Position numbers and translations under genes: made by a program
Notes under the pieces: generated by a model
Databases searched by the model: none
What the model was told of the DNA's origin: nothing
The model's input: only the letters and a program-made list of their open reading frames with translations
Part shown: one piece after another, positions 46,125-57,848 of the stretch
Numbering within the stretch: position 1 is the stretch's first letter
Layout of the letters: the number at the start of each line of letters is the position of its first letter
NCBI RefSeq assembly: GCF_000143415.4
Contig: NW_003314317.1
Coordinates: 664,296-728,295, forward strand
From: Selaginella moellendorffii
Taxonomy: Eukaryota > Plantae > Lycopodiophyta
Direction of reading: 5' to 3'
Length of the DNA: 64,000 nucleotides

Positions 46125-48661
46125 ATGATGCAACTCGAAAGGGATGTTGACTTTTGGGGCTAAGGCAATTGAGTTAGATAGAATCTGGAGTTGGTGCAAA
46201 AAAGTGGCTATTGCATTTTTTTAAGAAGGGTGACCCTTGTGCCTTTCTTCTATAACGTTGTGCTTGGTGGCAGGTTGCACCTTGCATTTCATTAGACTCT
46301 ATGAGAGTAGTGAACTCTCACTGATCTTGACTTGGTCATGGCAGCTTTGCGCCATGGCTAGGATAGTGATATCCAACTTAGTTCTTAAGGTTGAGATGTT
46401 GGTACCTGTACTATAACTGTCTATGAGGAGGTTGTGTACCAATATGAGTCCATCTCATGGTTTTCACTTTAGTTTCAACTAAGTTCTGGTCATGCATAGC
46501 TAACCTCTTCAAGGCACAGTCAGAACTATTGGCTAAATGTATTAGTGAGTTTATTGCGGTTGAGTTGGATTTGAGAGGTCATTTAGTTTGTGCTTGTCTA
46601 TGAACCTTTATCTCAATCTGGGATATTACGTTTATGTTGGCCAAGTATATGACTCGATGGCATGAGTTTAGTGTTTGGTTCTTGTGAAGGCAAGTTGAAG
46701 GGTGATTGTTAGTTGCTTTGCAGCTAATGATTGCTTGTAAACTTTGTCGAGAACTATTTGACACTTGCTCCACTCGATGATGATTTAGTAGTGATGGGCT
46801 TGCTTTACTGGATAGTGTTGCGGAGGATTGTATTGTTAGTCTTACATGGGTTTTCCATGTTGGCATGACGACTCTACCTTTGTTGATATCATTTGGTTGC
46901 ATTTAATTCATAGTATTGGATTACATTGAGTTTTGGATGTGGTGAATCACTCTTTGATAACGTGTTATCTATAGCTGAGTGTTGTTGAAGGTTTAGTCTC
47001 GGATACTGAGTAAAGTATCTTCGACTTTGGTTAACTTGGTTGTTATGGAGTTTTGAGTGGTGATTCACTCGTGTTTTCTTCTAGCTTTGTTATGGTGTTG
47101 ATAGCATTGAAGTAATGCCTTGTTGTTGACATTGTTGATGTTGAGATTTGAGTGAAATGAGAAGTCTCTCCTTAGGATTAATATTGAGTTTTATTAGTCT
47201 TGATAGATATAGTGTTAATGATTTGGTTATGGCTTTGTGTTATTGGCATTCGTGTATTTGCTAGTTAGCAACTGTATTGACATTTAAATGAACTGAGTGG
47301 CAAGTTTGAGTTAGTTGTGTTCTAGAAAAGATTATTTAGTAGGGGTTGAGCTTTGGCTTTTCCTTAAAAAATGATTTAGTCGTGGACTATGCTAGCTCTA
47401 CAAGCGGAAAAGTTAGTGATTGATATTGGAATGTTTGAATCCTTATTGGGTTTGAGTTAGAATATATCGATCATTAATGATTCTTCTTGTACTTGTTATG
47501 AAGTGAGTTACGTCTTGCTATAGATGGATTCATGGAGGATTGTTTGGTGATCAATTGTTAAGCATAACTTCATTGTGTTTAGCTTTTGAATTGATATAAA
47601 TATGCTCTTCATTATCTTTGACATTATGAAGTTTAGCTTATGAATATGTTAAGGAGAATATTGTGGGTTGTACCATGATTTCTTCTTTAGCATTGAAGTT
47701 CGTTCATGCGAGACTTGTGATCATTATTAGGCAAGACTTGGCTATAGGCTTCTTCGAGTTTTTGGTTCCTTGAGTTTTTTATGCTTATTGTTCCATTTGT
47801 TCAGAGTTGTTGGGGGAGGGCATTTTGGCTCATTAGCTTCGATGTTGAAGTTGGTTCTTTGATCTAGCAATTATTGGTGATGATTGACTATCATCTAGGG
47901 TAGTTGATTGTCCTTATTATAAGGTTTTGTTTGATTTTGTTGGTACAAAATGATTTGCCATTCTTCAAAATGGTGGATTTCTTTTTTGACAATGATTATG
48001 CATCTCTTCATTGGTGGGATGATTGATGTTCCTTTATGATAGTTAGTTGTTCTTTTTGATGGCTTATGCTTTTTTGCAATACCACGTGGTTTGCTCTGGA
48101 TTGGTCTCTTGGGTTTGAGACATCAGTAAGATGTTGTTGACGCTTGCTTGAGCAACTTTGTTTCCTTGGTATTATTGACAAGGATCTATTCAGATTAGTT
48201 GGTGCAATAGTTGGCATGAATGAGTGTTTATTGGTCTTGCCACATTCATTTTGTTCTATTGATTATTGCTCGAGTTAGTTTTGATAGATTAAAAAGTTAT
48301 TTCCTTCAGGTGATACATTCGCGAGTATTTTGTTTGCCAGTCAATGATACTTTATGTTCTTTTAGTTATTTTAGTAAGTTGTTTGGTATACTGTCTACCA
48401 TCTTCAGTAGTTAAGTTTTATCATTAAGTTTCCTTGATGATACACTGGTTATTGTATTTTGTTAGATAGTGAATCCTATGTTTTCCAAACATGATGATTT
48501 TGGTGGTTCCTATACTATACAACTAGTTTATTAGATAATAACTTACTTGGAATACTTTTGTGTTCTAATCTAAGATTTATTCGCTGACTCTAAGATATCA
48601 TTGTCTCTAACTTTGATATTGTCCATCTATTGATCTTTGAGTTTGGGCCAGTATACGCAGA

Positions 48662-49788
48662 ACATCGAACAGCTTTGTTGATGGCATCCAACAGGTCCTT
48701 GGGATCCTCCATGGTGAGCAACAAATCCTTGACACCGTTGTTGAGGCCGAAACGAAATTGGTCAATCATGGCCCGCTCATCCCACTGAGTGTCCAAGGCA
48801 AGGAGTTGAAACTCTACAGCGTAGATCGAGGCAGGACGAGACCCTTGAGAGAGACGTCTCATCTTTGTGGTAGTAGCCCGAACCCAATCCGTCTCGCCAA
48901 AACATGCTTCGAGCTTCTCTTTGAACAATTGAAGATCCATCAGCTCTGGAACCACGACCCCTTTCATGCTCTTTTTTAGTAGAGGAGAAAACCATGACAA
49001 AGCTGCACCTTCGAGCAACATCCCAATCGCGCCGATTTGAGACTCGAGAGTGGGGTACCGCCGATGTTGAAGTGCAAAGATCAGCTCCATTTGGTTCAGA
49101 AATCTGCGAATCTCCGAATGCTTGCCTGAAAATTTCACCGGGAAACTCACCTTCGGTTCAAGAACTTTGCTAGATCCTTGAGCCGAAAGTGAAGCAAGCT
49201 CTTGCTGCATGCGAAGAAGGGTCGCCTTCAGCTTGGTATTCTCAGATTGGATTTTTGCAAAGACTTCGGCAAAGAAATCAGGATGGCTTGGAGACTCCAT
49301 CGGCAAGAAGAAAGAAAAAAGGGGGAAAAAGAATCAAAAAATCGAAACAAGCTAAAGCAAAAGCAAAAAGCACAATCTGAATCAAACTGTCAAGACCCCC
49401 AACAAGATCAAGACTGGAAAATGCAAAAGACAAAGAGAAAAGCTAGTGGAAACAAAGAAGAGGCTTTAGACTGGTGTTGATTCAGATTGTGGAGAAATGG
49501 AACAAGGCTAACTTATATATACTATAGGTTGATGAAGCTCCACCACTCTTGGATCGAGGACGGCCTAAATATAGCTGAGGTCGAGGAGGCGCCACATCAT
49601 CATCAGGAATGTGGCTTGAACCTCAGGAATCAGAGAGTCAGGAATAGGGAAGTGTCTCTAGAGTCAGGAATAGGGAAGTGTCTCGAGAGTCAGGAATAAG
49701 GAAGTGTCTCGAGAGTCAGGAATGTGGTCTACAGGTCAGGAATCCGGCGAGAGTCAGGAATGTGGCAAGAATTGGGGGATTCCTAACA
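48662..49788 (-). mobile_element. Inverted 5' half of a Tcn1-like element (5' LTR 49388-49788 plus gag N-terminus)
   Basis: Ty3 gag (EPKVSFPVKFSG...LLEGAALSWF...QFRFGLN) ending at NKAVRC at the inversion breakpoint; LTR matches 54451-54851. Confidence 0.88.
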
Positions 49789-50005
49789 CATCTTGGGTCC
49801 ATTTTGGACTCCATCTTGGGTCCATCTCGGACTCCATCTTGGACTCCATCTCAGATCCATCTCGGACTCCATCTCGGACTCCATCTTTGGTCCATCTCGG
49901 ATCCATCTCGGACTCCATCTCGGACTCCATCTCGGACTCCATCTCTGGTCCATCTCGGATCCATCTCGGACTCCATCTTGGACTCCATCTCGGGTCCATC
50001 TCGGA
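49789..50005. repeat. 12-bp tandem repeat (CCATCTCGGACT)n within an LTR
   Basis: Directly visible; continues as the reverse complement at 54852-54910. Confidence 0.85.
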
Positions 50006-51025
50006 CACTTCCACGTGTCATGTGTCGGTCCTTTTGTGTCCCTTTTCTAGAGACTCATTTATCTTTCTCTTCATGCTTGTTCCTCGAGCACTTCGTTGGG
50101 AGTTCCACTCCCACTCTCGACCTTTTCAAGTCGGAGCTTTTAGTCCAAACATGTTATGCTTGTTTGGCCTTCGTTTTGGCCACTACCACATGGCACCCTT
50201 TCAGCTCCACTTTGGGGCCTAGGGATTTTGTGTCTTACACCAGGTTGAGTATGCTTAGCTAGAAACACATAAGAGTTCCTACTTTAAGTCCATTTGGCTA
50301 AGTACAGGTGCTAAGCCCAATTTACTAACACTTGAACAAGACGGGCTGATAAAGGGAACCAATAATACTGACCTCTTGCCATCGTGGCAATAAGGAAAAA
50401 GTATTGGCCAACAAGTATTTTTCGATACCCGAAGTCACATTCGCGACACTCTCCCCCCCTAGGGAAGATCGACGTCCTTGTCAATGCATACTTAAGTCTA
50501 GAATACTGCCAAGGAAACAACTCCAGAAAAAATTCACGATACTCATACTATATGAGAAATTCACCAATTTAAATGAGTTAGGGGTAACCTCTTTGTCTAA
50601 CACGGATGCGTTACCAGCTTAGACACCTTCTGGTTGTCGTCGATAAGGAAATGACTAACGGAGTCAGCCACCCTTACTGTTCTGGGTGTCACCCAGCTTA
50701 CAAAAGTGTGATACGCCCCTGCCTACAGTGACATAGAGAGAGAAGCCAAAGGGCCCCAACCCTCCTGAGCAAAGAAACCAAACCCGTCGGTAAAGTTTAG
50801 ATACACTATTGTAGACAGGCAATTAGAGTTGTTTACACGGTCACGCCCTTTTAACAGAATAAGGAACATCAACAGAGAGGTGGTTGATGTGACCAGTCGA
50901 CAGTAGTTACCCCATGACTAGAGATTTCACTATGCACACGAAGTGCCGAAGCCAGGGGCTGGGCCGCATTCCTCAAGTCGGTAATTATATTCCAGGCAGA
51001 GGTAGCGCTCAGATCTTTTGCCAAA

Positions 51026-54000
51026 GATCGTCTCTTTGAACGTCGTTAGGAAAGTCACCGTGCCGCTGTTTTTCCATCCCAGACTCAGGAATCCCAGTTT
51101 GAGTCTTCGGGGCATACTCTCGAACCTACTACTCCGGTCCCAATGGATATTTTTGGTACTGCCCAACTCATTAGAGGGAAGTTGAGTCCTGCTGAGAAGC
51201 AAAGTCGAATATCTCATAATCTTTGCCTCTACTGTGCTGATCCTAATCACAAAGCAGCTGTGTGTCCCAAGAAGCCTCCCCGACTACTTGAGTTCACTCT
51301 ACCTCAAAGTCCACCTTTGTTGCAGTCGGGAAACGACTCTGTCCAAAAAGAGTAGGAGCTGTCTGTTTGGACTCCCCAAATAAAAATCACTTTTCTTCTT
51401 TATCAAGCTCCTCACCACCTTTCATCAAAGCCACCACAAATTCTTGCAACTTCCGTGTCCCATGTCTCCTTTCTTTCACCGGACAATCAGGACTCAAGGC
51501 TCTGGTGCTACTGGACTTGGGTGCAACTTCCTGCTTTATGGACACGGACTTTGCTGCCCGACATCATGTTCCTCTTTCTCCTACCATACGGGATCTAAGG
51601 GTTGAAGGCATCGGCGGGCATTTTGTGTCTCCATCTTCTGGACTTAGGGAAACGTTGCCCGTTCGAGTACACATCGGGTCCACCGTCACTGATATCGCCT
51701 TCAACATCATCAACAACAAGTCCTCCTCTGTGGTGCTCAGTCTTCCTTGGTTCCAACTACATCAGCCTCAGATCTGTTGGAAGGAATTACAGCTCATCTC
51801 TCCCACATCACCATCTCCCACGGCTTCCCCTACTGTTTATCGAGTCCGAATCAGGAAAAGTTCCCTAAACTCAAATCGGGGTTCTGTTCCTGACTCTACG
51901 AAGTTTTCACCCTCTTCTTTTTCCTCTCTTCCATCTTACACTGCACAGTATCCTCGTCTCATCATTCCATTTAGTCGTACACCTCCTATCTCCATAATCA
52001 CTATGAAAGAACTCCTTCATGAAGAACTTATTTTCCTTTTTGCTTTGCATGTTTTTCCTATCAATCTTCCTGAGAAGTATCATGATTTTGGGGATGTGTT
52101 TGATAAGAAAAAAGCTAGTGTACTGCCTGTTCATCAGCCTTATGACTGTCCCATTGATTTACAGGAAGGAGCGTCACCTCCGTGGGGGCCTATCTACGGG
52201 TTATCCCCGTCCGAGCTTAAGGCCCTTAAAGAGTACGTGGATGAGAACCTTGCCTCGGGGTACATTTTGCATTCACAGTCCCCGGCTAGAGCACCTGTCT
52301 TCTTTGTCAAGAAGAAGGATGGGAGTTTGCGGCTAGTCATTGACTACCGAGGTTTGAACAAGGTGACTGTTCGGAACCGTTATCTGTTACCCCTGATCTC
52401 GGACCTGTTGGAACGCCTCGGTGGTGCCCGCTTCTTCACCAAGATCGACCTCTGTGGAGCATACAACTTGATTTGGATTCGGCCTAGTGATGAATCGAAG
52501 ATTACATTCCGAACCCACTATGGCCACTTTGAGTACACTGTCATGCCATTTGGCTTGACAAATGCTCCAGCAGTTTTCCAACACATGGCGAACAACGTCT
52601 TTCGGGAGTTTCTTGATCAGATGGTGATCGTCTACCTCGATGACATCCTCATCTACTCAAAAACTCAGGAGGAGCACGACAAACATATACGCAAGGTGCT
52701 AGCAAAGCTGCGAGAACACGGCCTATATGCGAAGCTTGAGAAATATTCCTTCGATCAGCAGTCTGTGGAGTTCCTTGGGTACATTGTCACTCCTGAGGGT
52801 ATCACGATGGATCCTGCCAAAGTCAAGACTATTCTCGAGTGGGAGCCTCCACAATCAATGTCGGACGTTCAAGTTTTCCTTGGCTTCGCCAACTTCTACC
52901 ACAAATTCATTGATCACTACTCTGACATTGTCCTTCCTCTCATGCATCTCACTTGCAAAGATGTTCCCTTCTCTTGGTCTGCTGCTGCCCAACAGGCCTT
53001 CGACACACTCAAGGCGGCCTTCAGTTCTACTCCCGTTTTGATCTATGCTGATTCCTCACAACCTTTCTTCATTGAGCCTGACGCCTCCGACTTTGCCATC
53101 GGTGCTTTGCTGTCTCAACTCGGAGCGGATCAAGAACTTCATTCGGTCGCTTTCCATTCTTAGAAATTCCAGTCTGCGGAGATCAATTATGAAATCAACG
53201 ACAAGGAGCTCCTTGCCATCGTGGATTCCTTTGGAGAGTGGAGCTGTTTCTTGGAGGGCATCAAACAACAGTCTGGATGGATCACAAAAATCTCAAGTAC
53301 TTTGCCACTTCCCGAGTTTTAAGCCATCGTTAAGTAAGGTGGGCACAATTCCTAAGTCAGTTTGACTTTGTTATCAAGTACAGACCTGGAAATCTTCAAG
53401 GCCTTCCTAATGCTCTTTCAAGGCGCTCCTATCTCAGTCTCAGGCCTCGTAATCCTGCCTTCGATCAACAGGATCAAGTTATCCTCGGTCCTGATCGGCT
53501 TCAAGTTATGGCAATTTCCCTGGCCCCTCAGGACTCCTCCTTGATGGATGCGATCAGAAACAATCTTCAATCTGAGGATCTTGCCAGCGACATTTTCCTC
53601 CATATTCAGGCTGGACACCTAGTGACTCCCGACTGCCGGCGATTTGACATCATTTCTGGCAACAGTTTTTGCAGCTCTCCTATAACAACTCTGTTCACTC
53701 CTCTCTTCGAATTTCCCCCTTCTTTGCAAACTCTGGCCGAAATCCCCGATTCAATCTCGCACTTCCTTCTCTATCCGAATCCTCTCGTTCAAATCCCCGC
53801 TCTGAGGCATTTGTCTCCAACCTCCAGGAAATCCACAACTCCATCTCCTTCCACCTCCATCATGCTCAGGAATCTCACAAAACATTTGCCAATGTCCATC
53901 ATCAAGATTGTCCCCCTTACAATATCAGGGATAAAGTCTGGCTCCTTAGGTGAAATATCTCCACCACTAGGCCCTGTCCAAAACTTGATTTCAAACGCCT

Positions 54001-54851
54001 CAGCCCTTTCGCTATCACTGCCATCATTAACCCTGTCACTTATTGCCTTGCACTTCCCTCCTCATATCAAATTCACCCCATTTTTCACTCCTCTCTCCTT
54101 GAGCCTTATATTCCCAATCTTATTCCCAATCGGGTCATTCCTCTGCCTCCACCAGTGCAGCTCGAGGATGGGTCTGAGTATGAGGTTCAGGACATCCTTG
54201 ATTCCAAGATTTCACGGTCTAAACTCTACTATCTGGTCAACTGGAAGGGTTACGGACCTGAGGAATGCACTTGTGATCCTGCAGACAACCTGATTCATTC
54301 TCCTAACTTTGTTCAGGACTTCCACCACCGCTATCCTTCTCGTCCCAGTCCTCATTCTTTTTATCCATCTCCTATCCCTCACCGCTCATCTCATCCTCCT
54401 CGTCATTCTCGTTCACATCCTCGTTCCACTTGTTCTTGAGGAGGGGGTGCTGTCAGGAATCCCCTAATTTTTGCCACATTTCTGACTCTCGCCAGATTCC
54501 TGACCTGCAGACCACATTCCTAACTCTCGAGATACTTCCCTATTTCTGACTCTCGAGACACTTCCCTATTCCTGACTCTCGAGACACTTCCCTATTCCCG
54601 ACTCTCTGATTCCTGAGTCTTGAGCCACATTCCTGATGATGATGTGGCACCTCCTTGACCTCAGCTATATTTAGGCTGTCTTTAATCCAAGAGTGGTGGA
54701 GCTTCATTAACCTATAGTATATATAGGTTAGCCTTGTTCCATTTCTCCACAATCTGAATCAACACCAGTCTAAGGCCTCTTCTTTGTTTCCACCAGCTTT
54801 TCTCTTTGTCTTTTGCATTTTCCAGTCTTGATCTTGTTGGGGATCTTGACA
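51026..54851 (+). mobile_element. 3' half of the Tcn1-like chromovirus: gag C-terminus/zinc knuckle, protease-RT-RNase H, deleted integrase, chromodomain, PPT, 3' LTR 54451-54851
   Basis: Motifs CLYCADPNHKAAVC, LLDLGATSCF, VYLDDILIYS, EPDASDFAIGA and EYEVQDILDS..YYLVNWKGYG. PPT gaggagggggtgc at 54438-54450. Confidence 0.9.
51367..53163 (+). CDS. pol fragment (protease, reverse transcriptase, partial RNase H)
   Basis: 598-aa ORF with a YLDD box, ending at a premature stop in RNase H. Confidence 0.85.
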   Translation: MDSPNKNHFSSLSSSSPPFIKATTNSCNFRVPCLLSFTGQSGLKALVLLDLGATSCFMDTDFAARHHVPLSPTIRDLRVEGIGGHFVSPSSGLRETLPVRVHIGSTVTDIAFNIINNKSSSVVLSLPWFQLHQPQICWKELQLISPTSPSPTASPTVYRVRIRKSSLNSNRGSVPDSTKFSPSSFSSLPSYTAQYPRLIIPFSRTPPISIITMKELLHEELIFLFALHVFPINLPEKYHDFGDVFDKKKASVLPVHQPYDCPIDLQEGASPPWGPIYGLSPSELKALKEYVDENLASGYILHSQSPARAPVFFVKKKDGSLRLVIDYRGLNKVTVRNRYLLPLISDLLERLGGARFFTKIDLCGAYNLIWIRPSDESKITFRTHYGHFEYTVMPFGLTNAPAVFQHMANNVFREFLDQMVIVYLDDILIYSKTQEEHDKHIRKVLAKLREHGLYAKLEKYSFDQQSVEFLGYIVTPEGITMDPAKVKTILEWEPPQSMSDVQVFLGFANFYHKFIDHYSDIVLPLMHLTCKDVPFSWSAAAQQAFDTLKAAFSSTPVLIYADSSQPFFIEPDASDFAIGALLSQLGADQELHSVAFHS

Positions 54852-56163
54852 AGATGGAGTCCGAGATGGACCTGAGATGGAGTCCGAGATGGACCCGAGA
54901 TGGAGTCCGAAGTTGAAACCGAGACCAGGACCGAGACCGGGACCAAGACCGAGATCGGGACCGAGACCGAGATCGAGGCCGAGGCCGAAATCGAGCCCGA
55001 GCCTAAGTCCAAGTCCAAGTCTGAGTCCGAGTCCGAGTTCGAGTCCAAGTCCGAGTCCGAGTCCGAGTCCGAGTCCGAGTCTGAGTCCGAGTCCAAGTCC
55101 GAGTCTGAGTCCGAGTCCGAGTCCGAGTCTGAGTCCGAGTCCGAGTTCGAGTCCAAGTCTGAGTCCAAGTTCAAGTTCGAGTCTGAGACGGTGAAAGCCC
55201 AAAGCGTTCGTCTCCCAGACCCTAGGGGGTTTGGTGAGCTCCAAAAGTATAGTGAGGGGGAGGACTGTAGTGGAGCCAATTTGGCCCAAAAAGGCTGTAC
55301 CTAGTGTTGGGTGATGAGTGGCCCACTGGGAAGTCCAAGACTAGAGTGAACACTGACCAACAAACGGGGTAGCTTGGTAAAGTGTTCAAGAGCCGGCTCT
55401 AGTTCCCCCGGGAGATCGACTAGCCGATGCTCCCAGTCCAAGTGTGGGTGGCACTACCTACTTGGATACCTGGTGTGGCTCAATGGAACCTCGCTCTAAG
55501 CCCATGGCTAGAGCACCCAAAGGCGGAAGGTGGGGAGAGTACCCATAAGGCTCACGTAAGGCCATGGTGTTCCGAAATGTTGCCCCAAAGTCCCAGACTG
55601 TGAAAAGGAAGAGGAGCAATCCTCTAGTGCAGTGACCAAGGATATGGTCACATGGTGAGGAAGTCCCGAAGAATAGTGGGACTTAGAGGTTGGGCTTGCG
55701 GGCCTTGATCTAGTGCCAGTGTTTGCGAACACAGCCATAGACAAAAAGGGACTTGGTGGGGACTGGAAAAGAGTTGTTAGGGAAGGCTATTCCCCATATC
55801 TGTAGGCATCTTAAGGATGCTAAGGAGTAGATATGGGATGATCACTCACAAACAGATGGCCCAGTCTTTGAGAGACGGGACTATGATGCAGGTGGTGTTA
55901 GACCACCAATGTGACCAAGGGGAATGGGCATGGCCTTAGTGTAACGGGCCAATATGTCGGTGGTACCATGGGGTGTCAGTCATGGGATCGGACACGTGGA
56001 GCACTTGGACCAAGTGCAAAGGTTGAGTGGCATGGATGCCATTCTTGGGGCTAGAAGCCCCAAGTCTTAACTAGGACTTATGGAGGTTGTGAATGAGACT
56101 CTTCCAAGTGGTCGGAGGTGCAGTTAAGTGATTAAAGTAAAATGGAAAAATTAGTCACTTACA
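54852..56163 (+). repeat. Remainder of an LTR with a GAGTCC hexamer array (about 55010-55185), followed by a Met-PBS at 56167-56178
   Basis: Ends ...CACTTACA ATT TGGTATCAGAGC. Confidence 0.65.
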
Positions 56164-56528
56164 ATTTGGTATCAGAGCGGTTCCTATAGTCTGACTCTTA
56201 TTGGTGGCCAAGTATATCACCACTTATATTGGAATTGGAAAGTCCTAGATATGGACCTATCCTCGAGGAGTAGCATGTCGAGAGGACATGGCTCTCCACT
56301 CGAGTTCATGCGTGAACTTGTGCACAATGTGGTGGATGGAAAAGGGCTAGTAAGGGAATGACTTTGGGATCTTGGGAATAGTATGAGGGTTTCCTAACAG
56401 AGTTGAGGATGTGATTCAGATGAGTATTTGACGCAGCAAATGGGTTAATGTAGTTGTGGTAAACAACTATAGTTGGGATCACGGGAAAGATGCAGACTCC
56501 AAAACAATAAAGGAATTTAGCGCCATAA

Positions 56529-57195
56529 ATCCTATGGTGATTTACCATAGGATAACACCACAAAGCGGAACCTAAACCCTCTTTGTGCCACGTGATAGAT
56601 GCCACGTGTCATATGCCACGTGTCCATGCCACGTGTCCATAGGAAACCGAGGTTCAGGGCCTTAGGCCATTGAACAAAGGAACAATGCCAAACTCCCAAG
56701 CATGGAGCCAAGGAGTGACGGAACCGAACCACGGAGCAACTCCCGAGCATAAAGCCCAAGGAGCGAAAGGACAGGAGCCTGGAGCGACTTGGAACAGTCC
56801 TAGAGTAACCAGCATCCCAATGCCAGGACCAGCACGCAAAACGGAGCCAAACGGAGTTTGGCGTTATTTCGGCATACCGGTGGCCTAACGCAAGGACATG
56901 GGTACTCCACCAATTAGCATGGAGTGGAACTTGGGCTTAGACCCAAGCCGGACGCTGAACAAGAATAGGCATGCAAGCAGGAGCTAGACTATGCCCCCCC
57001 CCCCACATAGGGTTCCTACCTTATGTTTATCCAATCTAAGTACATGGTCATTGACCAGTTTCTCAACTAGCTCAAGTGGGAAACTGATAACGAGTCCAGC
57101 AATACCAACCTCCTGCCATCGTGGCAGTAAGGAAAGAATATCCGAAAGGACTAGCCGACAGGTAACTTTCGATACCCGAAGTCACATTCGCGACA
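56529..57195 (-). repeat. Partial/internally deleted family-H LTR
   Basis: Homologous to 3428-4412; ends GTCACATTCGCGACA. Confidence 0.7.
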
Positions 57196-57848
57196 AGGAA
57201 TCACAAGATTACCCTCATATAGTGGAGGCTGGTGCTCATAAACTTGAGACCGGAATTGATGACGAGGGAGGTCAAATATGGAAGAGGATACAAGTCCTTG
57301 AAATGGTAGCTGGGGCTACCTCTAATAAATGCTGGAACAACCCAAGGAGTTGGGGGTGTACTTAGAGGATGAGTTGGTATTCTCATCACATGGATAAGTG
57401 GTCATAAAGGGCAAAAGGTTGCCCCTAGAGAACAAATCAAGTGTCGGAATAACACTTATGATGGTGGTACTGGTGAGTAGAACAGGAATACAAGAAGTTG
57501 TATTCCAATGAGCTGGCACCTCAAAAGTAAGACCTTATAGGCTAGGGGATTTAGAAAAGTCTAAAAGGCTGAATGACTTAAGTGGAGTCAAGGAATGGTC
57601 CTGAAGGACTGATAGAAGCATTTGGACTGAGGTGTGTTGTGCCCCACGAAGGATGGGGAGGATCATAGAATCCAAGTATGAAAACAGTGGGTATCTCATG
57701 AGTGGCAGAATGTGCCATACTAAAGTCGTGGGAAAGGTGTTCCCAGAATAAACAACTTTGGTGCAGAGTTGTGTGCGAACACTATGGTGTAGTGCTAACA
57801 GATAGTTGGCATGAGAAACGATTGGGTTGGTCTTGGCAAAGACCTAGA

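Larger units (their letters stand above)
31160..48661 (+). mobile_element. Family-H element in + orientation (partial LTR to 31477, PBS 31480-31490), interrupted by the DNA transposon
   Basis: ...CGTTACA followed by TGGTATCAGAG. 31490-33336 and 46125 onward are contiguous reverse complements of the 1-3400 copy. Confidence 0.75.

Noticed and set aside
28168-49788. Pairing the 28168 LTR with the 49388 LTR as one element
   Set aside because: Flanks do not match (CTTAC vs CATCT). The 49388 LTR instead pairs with 54451-54851 through the inversion.
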